DNA of 64,000 bases from an uncultured delta proteobacterium (lineage in GTDB: Bacteria > Desulfobacterota > Desulfobacteria > Desulfobacterales > QNYZ01), in assembly GCA_963845145.1 (NCBI GenBank), contig CAWJQU010000004.1:352001-416000 (forward strand), given 5' to 3'. This document shows positions 20,125 to 29,958 of the stretch, piece after piece. The first letter of the stretch is position 1. Each line of letters begins with the position of its first letter. The notes beneath the pieces were generated by a model. That model was not told the origin of the DNA. It searched no databases and saw only the letters and a program-made list of their open reading frames with translations. Position numbers and translations under genes: made by a program.

Positions 20125-20183
20125 TGGTGGTCCCATCGGAGGTAGAACCCGTGTTTTCCCGCTTGTGAAGCGGGACGTTCTAA
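20125..20183 (-). pseudogene. Degenerate partial tRNA-Glu-like copy
   Basis: Last 31 nt match the adjacent tRNA 3' end at 26/31 and end in CCA; anticodon-arm-like stem present; no 5' acceptor strand. Confidence 0.6.
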
Positions 20184-20226
20184 TTCCTATCGCTGAATAC
20201 GTCCATCAGGGGAATGTTAAGATAGG

Positions 20227-20302
20227 TGGTAGTCCCAACGGGGATCGAACCCGTGTTACCGGCGTGAGAGGCCGGCGTCCTAGACCGCTAGACGATGGGA
20301 CC
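20227..20302 (-). tRNA. tRNA-Glu (anticodon CTC)
   Basis: GGTCCCATCGTCTAGCGGTCTAGGACGCCGGCCTCTCACGCCGGTAACACGGGTTCGATCCCCGTTGGGACTACCA; 76-nt cloverleaf with encoded CCA. Confidence 0.97.
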
Positions 20303-20374
20303 ATCGAAACTGGTGCATGCATATATAAACGCTTATTTTTTGTCAATTGGTTTTTTTCCCTATTGAATTTTGCC

Positions 20375-20581
20375 TTACGCATCCGGTAGGCGGCCTTTTC
20401 TGAATCCGAAGAGCAGATAGATGATCCACCCGATAAAGGGGATGCCTGCGATCAGAATCCATGTGATTTTGACGGCCTGGGAACTGAACTCTTTTTGAGC
20501 GGCATTCACCATGCCCCAGATGGTTCCCAGAAAAAACGGAATACTCAGATAAAGAATGATTTTGAAGGTATGAAGGTCCAT
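20375..20581 (-). CDS. Small membrane protein, PLDc N-terminal domain family
   Basis: Two TM helices with KITWILI...PFIGWIIYLLFG. Confidence 0.75.
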   Translation of the reverse strand: MDLHTFKIILYLSIPFFLGTIWGMVNAAQKEFSSQAVKITWILIAGIPFIGWIIYLLFGFRKGRLPDA

Positions 20582-20597
20582 GTTCGAAATTTATGGC

Positions 20598-21494
20598 TCA
20601 GGTGTTTTTTAATTTTTTGGCGATGGAGAGAATCGTCTTTGCATAGGGCCGGCTGTTGTTGTAGCGCAGGACAACTTTATACGCCTTTTCGTCACTCTGG
20701 CCGGATTTCCAACCGTGGTGGCGTAAATAGTTGGCGACACTGGCGATAGCGTCATTGTGGTTGAACAGGTCGACGCGGCCGTCCCCATTTCCATCCGCGG
20801 CAAGGCGGTCGATATTGCTCGGCATGAATTGGCAGATTCCCATGGCACCGGCATAGGAGCCGCGAATGACCGTCGGATCAATGCCCGCACTTTGGGTATA
20901 ACGCAGCAGGGCTTTGAGTTCCGTGTAGGCCCAACCCGATTTTTTATCGGCTTTTTGCTCAAACTGTTCGCGGGGTAAGCGTCGTTTCTCGGGTATCAGG
21001 CCCCATAGGTGTTGTCTGACCGGGTTATCTTTTAGGGCCGCCATAGTGGACAAAGCATTGAACACTCGGGTGTTTCCCAGCCGCTCGCCCAACCGGGTTT
21101 CCACCAGGATAATCGCTGTGATGACCTCTTTGGGCACGCCGTAGGTTTTTTCGGTTAGGGTCAGTCGTTCGGCATGTGCCTGCTGATATTTTTGTGCTTT
21201 TCGAATGGATTTGGGCGTTTCGAACTGGCCGTAATTCAGCTTACTTTCGCTATGCATGAAAAACAGGCCGACGCTTCGGGCGTCAAAACGAACCTCTGAT
21301 TGACGGTAGAGGGCTCGAATTTGATCGCCGTCAAAACCATCCGCGGCCAACCGTTCTTTTAATTCAATAAATGATTCCGGTGAGTTGCCTGCGTCAGCGT
21401 GTATTACCGACACCAACAGACCGATCAGAAGAAACAGTGTAAAACAAGCACTGGATGCCATGTGCTTAAATGATCGTTTCGTCCAATCCGCCAT
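20598..21494 (-). CDS. Lytic murein transglycosylase (MltB family)
   Basis: IILVETRLG, GSYAGAMGICQFMPS, DGNGDGRVDL, ASVANYL..HGW; start at ATG 21494 after AAAGGAG. Confidence 0.92.
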   Translation of the reverse strand: MADWTKRSFKHMASSACFTLFLLIGLLVSVIHADAGNSPESFIELKERLAADGFDGDQIRALYRQSEVRFDARSVGLFFMHSESKLNYGQFETPKSIRKAQKYQQAHAERLTLTEKTYGVPKEVITAIILVETRLGERLGNTRVFNALSTMAALKDNPVRQHLWGLIPEKRRLPREQFEQKADKKSGWAYTELKALLRYTQSAGIDPTVIRGSYAGAMGICQFMPSNIDRLAADGNGDGRVDLFNHNDAIASVANYLRHHGWKSGQSDEKAYKVVLRYNNSRPYAKTILSIAKKLKNT

Positions 21495-21720
21495 AATGTA
21501 ACGTCTCCTTTTTTTCTTTTTATCTATTTCATACCATACCTTGCCCGGTGCATCCATACCCCGATGGCATAATTGGCATTCTTGATTGCCCTTTGACGGC
21601 ATGGTATGTGTCAGACACTAAAAAAATTAACGCGATATCCGGCTTGGATGAATGCAACAGGTGATGGATTATTTTGCCATCATTTTAGATGACTCTTTAC
21701 GAGTCCATCAACGGAGCACA

Positions 21721-23091
21721 ATGACCAAAAAATCGACCAAATCCATTTTTACTTGCCAGTCCTGTGGGCATCGGGCTCACAAGTGGATGGGGAAATGCCC
21801 CGAATGTGGTGAGTGGGATACCCTGGTCGAAGAGATCGTTCGACCCTCGTCACCGGGCCGGTCCATGGTAGGGCCCCGGGAAGATGCATCGCATCCGGTA
21901 CCTATCGACAGTGTAGAGACGCTGTCGGAAGAACGTTTGATAACCGGTATCAGTGAGTTTGACCGGGTGCTGGGTAAAGGTGTCGTGCTGGGGTCTCTGG
22001 TCCTGATCGGCGGCGATCCCGGCATCGGAAAATCGACGTTGATGTTGCAGGCGTTATGCGGTTTTGCCCGCAATAAGCAAAAGGTCTTGTACGTCTCCGG
22101 CGAAGAATCCGTTAAACAGCTGAGTATTCGCAGCCGCCGACTGGGTACCGATAACGAAAATTTGATGGTGGTATCCGAGATTGATCTGGAGGCGATCCTG
22201 AACATAGTGGCTGAATTGAAACCGGCCGTCCTGGTGGTGGATTCCATTCAGACCATGTTTAACAGCGATCTCACATCGGCGCCGGGAAGTGTCAGCCAGG
22301 TGCGCGAAGCCACCTTGCGCTTGATGCTCATGGCCAAGAAAACAGGGATGCCCGTTTTTATCATCGGACATGTCACCAAAGAAGGGGTTATTGCCGGGCC
22401 CCGGCTGTTGGAGCACATGGTGGATACGGTGCTCTATTTTGAGGGCGATCGTAACCATATCTACCGGGTGTTGCGGGCGGTTAAAAACCGGTTTGGCTCC
22501 ACCAATGAGATCGGTGTTTTCGAAATGACGGAAAAGGGGCTCGAAGAGATTCTTAATCCATCGGCCGTTTTTTTGACCGAGCGTTCCACCAATACGCCGG
22601 GCTCTATTGTTACCTGCGCCATGGAAGGGACGCGTCCGATATTGGTGGAGATGCAAGCCTTAACCAGCAGTACCAGTTTTGGCACACCCCGGCGGACGAT
22701 CCTCGGCCTCGATCACAACCGTGTGGCACTTCTGGCGGCGGTGATGGAGAAAAAGCTGGGGATGCACTTGATTGGGCATGATATCTTCATGAACGTGGCC
22801 GGCGGCGTCAAGGTCGACGAGCCGGCTGCCGACCTGGGCATTGTGGCGGCCGTGGCCTCAAGTTTTCTGGATCGTCCCATACGGGCCGATACGGTCGTCG
22901 TGGGAGAAGTGGGGTTAACCGGCGAAATTCGGGGTGTGAGCCAGATCGATACCCGTGTGTCCGAATCCAAGAAGATGGGGTTTATGCGGTGCATAATACC
23001 CCAAAACAGTCTGGAACGATCGCGCGCCGGGACTGAAATGAACGTATTGGGTGTTTCCACCGTGGCCGAGGCGGTGGAGATTATGTTTTAG
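21721..23091 (+). CDS. radA: DNA repair protein RadA/Sms
   Basis: CQSC..KWMGKCPEC zinc finger, GGDPGIGKSTL, KNRFG motif. Confidence 0.97.
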   Translation: MTKKSTKSIFTCQSCGHRAHKWMGKCPECGEWDTLVEEIVRPSSPGRSMVGPREDASHPVPIDSVETLSEERLITGISEFDRVLGKGVVLGSLVLIGGDPGIGKSTLMLQALCGFARNKQKVLYVSGEESVKQLSIRSRRLGTDNENLMVVSEIDLEAILNIVAELKPAVLVVDSIQTMFNSDLTSAPGSVSQVREATLRLMLMAKKTGMPVFIIGHVTKEGVIAGPRLLEHMVDTVLYFEGDRNHIYRVLRAVKNRFGSTNEIGVFEMTEKGLEEILNPSAVFLTERSTNTPGSIVTCAMEGTRPILVEMQALTSSTSFGTPRRTILGLDHNRVALLAAVMEKKLGMHLIGHDIFMNVAGGVKVDEPAADLGIVAAVASSFLDRPIRADTVVVGEVGLTGEIRGVSQIDTRVSESKKMGFMRCIIPQNSLERSRAGTEMNVLGVSTVAEAVEIMF

Positions 23092-23093
23092 TT

Positions 23094-23777
23094 TTGGCCG
23101 GGCGCAAAAAACAATCGCGGACCCGATCCCAGGGTAAGCCCAACCAAAAGAATAAGCAAAATGTCAAAGGTAAGCCGAATCGATGGGCGGATCACTACAC
23201 AAGGCAGGCACGAAAAGACCACTATCCGGCTCGGTCGGTCTACAAACTAAAGGAGATCCAAAAGAAGCATCACTTGATTCGGCCGGGACACCGGGTGCTG
23301 GATCTTGGGTGTGCCCCGGGGGCCTGGTTGCTGTTCGCGGCCGAACAGGTTGGAATCAACGGCCGGGTTATCGGCATTGACTTAAAGCCGGTCACCATTC
23401 GACTTCCCCCTCAGGCGCTTACCATTGTCGCCGATATTCGCGACAATAATACGATTCATCAACAGACGATCGGGCAACCGATTGATCTGGTTCTCTCCGA
23501 TCTGGCACCGGCCACATCGGGGAACAAAATTGTTGACACGGCCCGATCATTGGAATTATGCCAAACGGCTTTAGCGTTGGCGAATGGCTATTTGGCCCCT
23601 GGTGGGGCTTTTGTCTGTAAATTGTTTCAGGCGCCGGATGTCAAATTGTTTGTTGAAAGTGTCAAGCCGTTGTTCAGACGGTGTGATTTGTTTAAACCCC
23701 AAAGCAGCCGCAAGGCGAGCCGGGAGATCTATATAATCGGATTAACGTATGTAGGAGGCAGCCATGTCGGGACATAG
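23094..23777 (+). CDS. rlmE: 23S rRNA 2'-O-methyltransferase RlmE/FtsJ
   Basis: [33 protein letters not shown]. Confidence 0.9.
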   Translation: MAGRKKQSRTRSQGKPNQKNKQNVKGKPNRWADHYTRQARKDHYPARSVYKLKEIQKKHHLIRPGHRVLDLGCAPGAWLLFAAEQVGINGRVIGIDLKPVTIRLPPQALTIVADIRDNNTIHQQTIGQPIDLVLSDLAPATSGNKIVDTARSLELCQTALALANGYLAPGGAFVCKLFQAPDVKLFVESVKPLFRRCDLFKPQSSRKASREIYIIGLTYVGGSHVGT

Positions 23778-24507
23778 TAAATGGTCGAGTATCAAGCATA
23801 AGAAAGCCGCTACGGATTCCAAGCGGGGTAAAATCTTCAGCAAGTTGATTAAGGAGGTCACCGTGGCGGCCCGCATGGGCGGCAGCGGGGATCTGGAGGC
23901 CAACCCCAGATTAAGGGCGGCAGTTGCTGCCGCCAAAGCAGTGAACATGCCCAAGGACAATATGGAGCGGGCCATTAAAAAGGGGACCGGCGAACTGGAG
24001 GGGGTCAATTATGAAGAGAGTATTTATGAAGGGTACGGCCCCGGCGGAGCGGCGGTGTTGATCGAATCGCTAACCGACAATAAGAACCGGACCGTGGCGG
24101 ATATTCGGCATATTTTTGCTAAAAACGGCGGCAACCTGGGTGAGAACGGTTGTGTGGGATGGATGTTCGATAAAAAAGGGTACCTGGTGGTGGAAAAAGA
24201 AGTGGTGGATGAGGATACGCTGATGGAGGTGGCCCTCGAAGCCGGGGCTGAGGATGTGCGCGAAGATGGGTCGAATTTTGAGGTGATCTGCGAACCGGGC
24301 GATTTCGAGCAGGTTAAAAGCGAAATCGAGGCGGCTTCAATTGCCCATATCGCGGCCGAGATCGCCATGCTGCCCCAGACAACCACTGCCCTGGCCGGGA
24401 AGGAAGCCGAGCAGATGGTGCGCCTGATGGATGCCTTGGACGATTGCGACGATGTTCAAAAGGTTCATACCAATGCCGATATACCCGATGAGTTGATGGA
24501 GGGTTGA
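23764..24507 (+). CDS. yebC: YebC/PmpR family protein
   Basis: [38 protein letters not shown]. Confidence 0.96.
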   Translation: MSGHSKWSSIKHKKAATDSKRGKIFSKLIKEVTVAARMGGSGDLEANPRLRAAVAAAKAVNMPKDNMERAIKKGTGELEGVNYEESIYEGYGPGGAAVLIESLTDNKNRTVADIRHIFAKNGGNLGENGCVGWMFDKKGYLVVEKEVVDEDTLMEVALEAGAEDVREDGSNFEVICEPGDFEQVKSEIEAASIAHIAAEIAMLPQTTTALAGKEAEQMVRLMDALDDCDDVQKVHTNADIPDELMEG

Positions 24508-24535
24508 TGGCTTTGTAAATGAGCCCTCCCCATGA

Positions 24536-24579
24536 TTCAGTCCGGGCTTCAATCCAGGCTTCAGTCCGGGCTTCAATCA
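24536..24579. repeat. 12-bp tandem repeat, about 3.7 copies
   Basis: TTCAGTCCGGGC TTCAATCCAGGC TTCAGTCCGGGC TTCAATCA between convergent yebC and lolA. Confidence 0.8.
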
Positions 24580-24598
24580 TGCCCCAAAGAGAGCCGTA

Positions 24599-25279
24599 TC
24601 ATTCATCTATCGCGACCACATCGACGCCGGGTGGAATCTTGAATGAGAATTGCTGGTCTTCGATATCGGCGCTAAAAAATATATCGATCAGTTTTATCCG
24701 GGTTTCATCTTCGTAGATGTTGTAGGTGATCACCTCGGCGACGTGGTAGGTTTCTTTGTCAATAATGAGATGGATGGTGGTGATATCCTGATTTTGCCTG
24801 TGTGGCATGAGCTTGAGATGATATTGTCCCTCGGTCGTATCCGCTTCCCGGAAGATATCGAATTGTTCTCGTAAGGACGTCAGGTCCGACAAGAATCCGG
24901 CTCCCCGGCCGTCGCCGAAAAAATTGGGGGCTTTGCCGACCATTACCTGATTATCCTGGGGACGGTAGATCCACAGGCGGTCGCCATCGGAAACAATTTC
25001 TTGTTTTTCCGGTGCTTCATAGACCCAGCGCATTTTGCCCGGCCGTTTCACGACAATCGTGCCTTCGGCCGTATCGGTAATCTCCATGGCCTTTAGCGTG
25101 GACATCTGTTCGAACCGGGCTGAAAAACCTGCCCCGGAATAGCGCTTTTCAATTCCCTCATAGATGGCCTTATCGACGGGTTTCAATTCGTTTTGTTTCG
25201 GGGGCGTCGTCTGGTCGGCGGAAACCGGGACGACTGAAAAAAGGGTGACAACCCAGGCAATGAAAATGCTAACACGCAT
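24599..25279 (-). CDS. lolA: Outer-membrane lipoprotein carrier LolA
   Basis: Signal peptide, FSARFEQ, KRPGKMRWVY..P..QEIVSDG..LWIY, FSFKIPPGVDVV. Confidence 0.88.
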   Translation of the reverse strand: MRVSIFIAWVVTLFSVVPVSADQTTPPKQNELKPVDKAIYEGIEKRYSGAGFSARFEQMSTLKAMEITDTAEGTIVVKRPGKMRWVYEAPEKQEIVSDGDRLWIYRPQDNQVMVGKAPNFFGDGRGAGFLSDLTSLREQFDIFREADTTEGQYHLKLMPHRQNQDITTIHLIIDKETYHVAEVITYNIYEDETRIKLIDIFFSADIEDQQFSFKIPPGVDVVAIDE

Positions 25280-26453
25280 GACGATCTCCTTTTGTAAGTA
25301 TCCGCCCGGCTAAATCATATCCCAAATCCCTGATAATACGCGGGGCGTCGCGTAGCATACGTTTTTTAAACTCCCGGTAATTCAGGTGGCCCAAGGCCAT
25401 GTCATTGGTGACCGTCTGCATTGTCTGGCTTTTGGCCAATACGAACAGTGACGAGCGCAAATGTAATGAACTATAAAACACAGGCGACATGCGCGCCGCA
25501 AGTCTCAGTTCAGGCAATATCTTTTTTTTTAATTGGTCGGCATAGGTTTCAAGGCGGCCTGCCCGAATGGCGTCGGCGGCCATTTTGCCGCTTAAAAATG
25601 CATAGGGCAAGCCCTCCCCTGTAAGGGAGTCCACAAGGCCTGCGGCATCACCTATCAGCAACCAATCACGGCCGCTGAATCGTCGCGTTGCCAAGGTTTT
25701 TTTATCTGGAAGCGGCTCGGACCAGGTGTAGGCTTGTGCATTTTTAAGGGATAGTGTTTCTTTATCGCCCATTAAAGGGTGAAGATCTTGTCGGACAAAT
25801 TGTTTAATCAGTGATTTCGCCAGATGAAGGGTAAAGCTGCCGCCCATCAGTTCAATGCCGAGACTGGCATGATCCGGGCGGGGAAACCACCAGGCGTATC
25901 CCCATAATCCCGGGAAAAACCGGCAGATGATGTGCCGTGGAAAACGGCCGGGGACATAGTATCCTATGGCCCGTCCCCGTCTTTTGGCCGCAAATGAGAG
26001 CCCTTTGTAGCGAGCGACCGGGTCGTTGATACCGCCCGCGCCGACGATGATATCCGCATGATCACCATTGACCTGCCATCCGCCGTGGGGTGACGGCCGT
26101 GGTTTTCGAACCGCTTGTTTAACAAGCGTTGCGCCGGCGGCGACGGCCAGCCGGCGTAAGGCATTGTCGAGGTGTCGACGGGATACGATTCTTATCGGGT
26201 CTGTTAATTCAAGGTCGATTTGACGACGACTGGGACTGATCAAACGAAACCGGGTAACTTTGGATTGAGCGAGATTAAGCCTCGGCCAGACCGTTAATCC
26301 ATTTAGCGCACGCAAAGTCAGTCCGCCACCACACGGTTTCTCCCGATCGGGGTTGCTTTCGTACAAATGAACGTCGACGCCTGATTTGGCGAGGTGATAG
26401 CCGCAGAGAGCCCCTGACGGTCCTCCGCCGACAATGGCGACTTTAACGGCCAT
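25269..26453 (-). CDS. Geranylgeranyl reductase-family flavoprotein
   Basis: VGGGPSG, KPCGGG, GYAWWFP, LIGDAAGLVD..TGEG. Confidence 0.88.
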   Translation of the reverse strand: MAVKVAIVGGGPSGALCGYHLAKSGVDVHLYESNPDREKPCGGGLTLRALNGLTVWPRLNLAQSKVTRFRLISPSRRQIDLELTDPIRIVSRRHLDNALRRLAVAAGATLVKQAVRKPRPSPHGGWQVNGDHADIIVGAGGINDPVARYKGLSFAAKRRGRAIGYYVPGRFPRHIICRFFPGLWGYAWWFPRPDHASLGIELMGGSFTLHLAKSLIKQFVRQDLHPLMGDKETLSLKNAQAYTWSEPLPDKKTLATRRFSGRDWLLIGDAAGLVDSLTGEGLPYAFLSGKMAADAIRAGRLETYADQLKKKILPELRLAARMSPVFYSSLHLRSSLFVLAKSQTMQTVTNDMALGHLNYREFKKRMLRDAPRIIRDLGYDLAGRILTKGDRHAC

Positions 26454-26631
26454 TGATAGCCATGCTTCGCGAACGAGCGGCCGGGATATTTAACGGCATC
26501 AGATACAAATAGGCCTCCCACGGTTCATGAATGCAGTGTGGAGTCTCATTTTATCGTTAGACGAATGTCACATCAAGTGGTTTACAGATAAAAAAACGCC
26601 ACAAAGAATGGAAAGTAAGGGGTAAGTTGTT

Positions 26632-27120
26632 TTATTCCTTGGGAGGGGGCGATTTCGTGCCACTATCCTGAATGAGAATTTTGAGCACATCCTCTTTTCC
26701 CACGATACCGACCAACTCATCGTCTTTCATAACGGGAAGGGTGTGGTAATTCTTGTCCACCATCATTGAGGCGACCTCTTCGATGGATGTTAGGGGACCG
26801 ACGGTAACCGGGTCCGGCGTCATGGCATCGCCCACGGAAACTGCGGCGATTTTTTCTATCTCCTTTTCCAGTCGTTTAAGACTGGTAAGGGGCATGAAGC
26901 CATCCATAAGGGTAAAAACCGAGGGTACGGGGAACGCTTTCTGCTGCGCCACAAGATCACTTTGACACAAAATGCCGACAAGTTTTCCATTGGCGTCGAT
27001 AACAGGTACGCCATTAATTCGATTTTCTAAAATTATTTTGGCCGCCTGTGTGATATCCGTATCCGGGGAAACGGTTATCACGTCTGAGGTCATCACATCT
27101 TTGGCTCTTATCATGGGCAT
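26632..27120 (-). CDS. CBS-domain pair protein
   Basis: AKDVMT..VITV...GVPVID..GKLVGI and a second CBS repeat. Confidence 0.9.
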   Translation of the reverse strand: MPMIRAKDVMTSDVITVSPDTDITQAAKIILENRINGVPVIDANGKLVGILCQSDLVAQQKAFPVPSVFTLMDGFMPLTSLKRLEKEIEKIAAVSVGDAMTPDPVTVGPLTSIEEVASMMVDKNYHTLPVMKDDELVGIVGKEDVLKILIQDSGTKSPPPKE

Positions 27121-27264
27121 CCTCCTTTTTAAGGCTCACTCAACGCTACGGTTACAAGAGATTCCGGTCTGTTTATGAAGCCCGTTTTGTATTAAGCCTG
27201 CTTTTTGTATTAAGATGGGATACGCTTTCTGTCGGCTATGCGCGTATGAAGGTACTTCCGGAGG

Positions 27265-27825
27265 TTACTTTTCATTGAACAGGCGATAAATGGTCTGCCC
27301 GCGCCACTTTCCACGACCCGACAGGGTAGCAATCTGTTTGGATTCAAAAATATCAGCGATCTTTTCGTAGCTCAATTTCTCTTCCCGCAATTGATGGATG
27401 AGTCCCACCATTTCAGCCCTTGTCTGGGGAGGGGAAGTCGGTTCGTTTTCAGTTGTTGTATTAGTCGCGTGTTCGGCGGCGTGTTCAGTCGCGTCAACTT
27501 CGACGGTTGGAGAAGGTGGTGAGACCTCCGGTTTCGGTAGAGAACCCATTGTTGTCATACCGGTGGAAACGAGCGTTGCCAGGGATTCAGCGATTTTTTC
27601 CAATGCTACCGTCTGACGTCCCTGGTTTTGAACCAAGGTTCCCAATACTTCTTTTATGGCCGAGAACTGATCTGTGGCCAGGGATCGGTAGTTTACGTAC
27701 CCCCCCTTGCGTCGATCTTTAGCTGGTTGCCGATTTTGGGATTTATACCGATTGTTGTCATACCTGCGGTTGGATTTATCGTTCCGCATGTTTCCTGTTC
27801 TTACATTGTAAAGAAAATCATCCAT
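27265..27825 (-). CDS. Hypothetical protein with C-terminal recombinase-like DNA-binding module
   Basis: C-terminal LSYEKIADIFESKQIATLSGRGKWRGQTIYRL; basic low-complexity N-terminus; GGAG RBS. Confidence 0.65.
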   Translation of the reverse strand: MDDFLYNVRTGNMRNDKSNRRYDNNRYKSQNRQPAKDRRKGGYVNYRSLATDQFSAIKEVLGTLVQNQGRQTVALEKIAESLATLVSTGMTTMGSLPKPEVSPPSPTVEVDATEHAAEHATNTTTENEPTSPPQTRAEMVGLIHQLREEKLSYEKIADIFESKQIATLSGRGKWRGQTIYRLFNEK

Positions 27826-28492
27826 TTTGTCGCTCCAGATTAAATTAAATATATAATAAACCGCTTAGTTTACAAATAGCATTAGCTAAACGATCGGCCC
27901 AGGAATGGGGCGATCCTGTCAAATCAATCTTTTCTCGCCGACCTTGAGTGCCGTGCAACCGAGTTTGGTCTTGGGTTCATCAAATGCCAAAACAGATCAA
28001 CGTCTTTGTCGCTTATACCGGGCGCGTGTTGAAAATATCCTGTTTTGGCTCACTCGTTTTTCAACAGTTTTGGTCCATTTAGAAAAATGTTCCGGGTCGT
28101 GGCATCAAATGATTTGGGGGAGATAGTGTGCGAATTAATTTTTTAAAAAATATGCGATCACACTTTGAGATGTTGAATAAGATCTTATTGCCACTAAAAG
28201 ATCGGGTTTGTCTGTTCTCGATCTTCGAAAAACCAGTAATTGGTATTACAATTAGCGTAGCTATTTTCGGATGTCAACCTAAATTATATGGAGAAAATAG
28301 GTTTTTGGTTTTAATTATTGAAAATGGGCATGTTAATGGCATTTAAAGACCATTGGATTCTGATTCATTTTATCACTAAACTGCTTGAAAACAGTAAAAG
28401 ATCTGTGTAAATAATATATCCACACGATATCCAATTTCAATGTCGCAGGTACCATAGACCTTCGATTTTACACACCTTGCCCCGGAAGAAAA

Positions 28493-29203
28493 ATGGCTGA
28501 TCCATTACAAATAGAACAATTTCGATATGGAACGGATAATTTCGCCTACCTTGTTTATGGTAAACGGTCGGCATTGGCCATTGACGGGGGTGCCGTGGCC
28601 GATATCCTGGCGTTTATCGCAGCGAAGCAACTGAACCTTGCCTATATTGCTCACACGCATAGCCATGCAGATCATACCGTGGGGACTCAAAAATTGATGG
28701 GTCAGACAGCCGCGACACAGTTGTCGTCGGAAAAACTCCTAGGCGATCAGGTGGTGATACTGGATTCAGAGCCGGTACGGATTCACCCTACGCCCGGGCA
28801 TACGAAGGACTCACTAATCTTTCATGCAAACGGTTTCCTTATAACCGGTGATACCCTGTTTAACGGCACGGTCGGCAATTGTTTTTCAGGCGACCTACAC
28901 GGGTTTTATCACTCCATATCGCATCTGCTCACATTCCCGGATGACACCTTGGTTTATGCCGGACATGACTATGTGGTTGAGTCAATGCGTTTTGCGCAAA
29001 TGATTGAACCCGGAAACAAGAATATCGAACCTTACTTAAAAAAATACGACCCAAGGCGGGTCGTTTCGAACCTGGCCGATGAGAAAAAGGTGAACCCCTA
29101 TCTGCGGTTTAATACTTCCGGCATCGTGGCGGCGTTGAGAAAAAGAGGCCTTCCAACGGATTCTCCCTATCATTGCTGGGAAAGCCTCATGACCATTGAA
29201 TGA
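28493..29203 (+). CDS. Hydroxyacylglutathione hydrolase (glyoxalase II)-like MBL-fold protein
   Basis: THSHADH, TPGHT, TGDTLF, AGHDY, EKKVNPYLR. Confidence 0.88.
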   Translation: MADPLQIEQFRYGTDNFAYLVYGKRSALAIDGGAVADILAFIAAKQLNLAYIAHTHSHADHTVGTQKLMGQTAATQLSSEKLLGDQVVILDSEPVRIHPTPGHTKDSLIFHANGFLITGDTLFNGTVGNCFSGDLHGFYHSISHLLTFPDDTLVYAGHDYVVESMRFAQMIEPGNKNIEPYLKKYDPRRVVSNLADEKKVNPYLRFNTSGIVAALRKRGLPTDSPYHCWESLMTIE

Positions 29204-29256
29204 CCCTCTGAGTGATCTGGTGAATGACTCGGTGAATGACCTGCTGAATGATAAGG
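29197..29256. repeat. Degenerate 12-bp tandem repeat, 5 copies
   Basis: TGAATGACCCTC TGAGTGATCTGG TGAATGACTCGG TGAATGACCTGC TGAATGATAAGG starting at the glyoxalase II stop. Confidence 0.7.
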
Positions 29257-29442
29257 CCGGCTCTGGATTTGGTTCTTACCATTACCGCGAGCCCGGCTTG
29301 CATCCGGGGACCGAATATTATATCAACAATCCCAAAGTTAATGCGGATTTTATGAACGTATTGAGATGTCCAATACGGGGAGCGTCATTGCTCTCCGGTT
29401 CCGGTCTATTTTCAAATAACATAATAGCGAACGGACTTGTCC

Positions 29443-29901
29443 ATGCGTCGTAAGGAGAAGGAAATTACCGAACAGCAGGATCTGGAGACGATACTTCGTC
29501 GGTCGGATGTATGTCGACTGGCCATGGTGGAAGGGGACCGTCCTTATATCGTTCCGCTCAACTTCGGATATTCCCAGGGGAGCCTATACTTTCATTCAGC
29601 CCGTAAAGGCCGGAAGATCGACATATTGAAACAGAACCCGCAGGTCTGTTTTGAATGTGAAACGGATGTGCGGATTGTTACCGGTGAAAAAGCCTGCCAA
29701 TGGGGTGCCGAGTACAAAAGTGTCATCGGGTTCGGTCGGGCCCGGTTTATCAGCGATCCCGAGGCAAAAAAAGAGGCGCTGAACATCATCATGGACCACT
29801 ATGCCGGACGGCCTTTTGATTTTTCGGACGATGATGTCGATAAGGTGGCGATTATTGGTGTTGTGATCGAAGAGATGACCGGTAAACGTGCACCGGCATG
29901 A
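29443..29901 (+). CDS. Pyridoxamine 5'-phosphate oxidase/NimA-family flavin-binding protein
   Basis: MRRKEKEI, PYIVPLNFGY, YFHSA..GRK, NPQVCFE, YKSVIGFG. Confidence 0.88.
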   Translation: MRRKEKEITEQQDLETILRRSDVCRLAMVEGDRPYIVPLNFGYSQGSLYFHSARKGRKIDILKQNPQVCFECETDVRIVTGEKACQWGAEYKSVIGFGRARFISDPEAKKEALNIIMDHYAGRPFDFSDDDVDKVAIIGVVIEEMTGKRAPA

Positions 29902-29958
29902 CATAAGGACGATAGAAGCGTCTGACTTTTTCGTAAATGAAAGGATAGGTAGATTATT

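Noticed and set aside
20125..20183. tRNA-Sec or an intact second tRNA
   Set aside because: No 5' acceptor strand, no long variable arm, and TCA is not centred in the loop.
24314..24716. ORFs spanning the 12-bp repeat; repeats as a CRISPR array
   Set aside because: The ORFs are translations of the repeat. Units are short, have no spacers, and no cas genes are present.
27905..28346. Two ~72-aa ORFs in the AT-rich divergent gap
   Set aside because: No family motifs or convincing RBS; probably regulatory DNA.
29196..29453. 85-aa ORF after the glyoxalase II-like gene
   Set aside because: Starts inside the tandem repeat and has no recognisable features.
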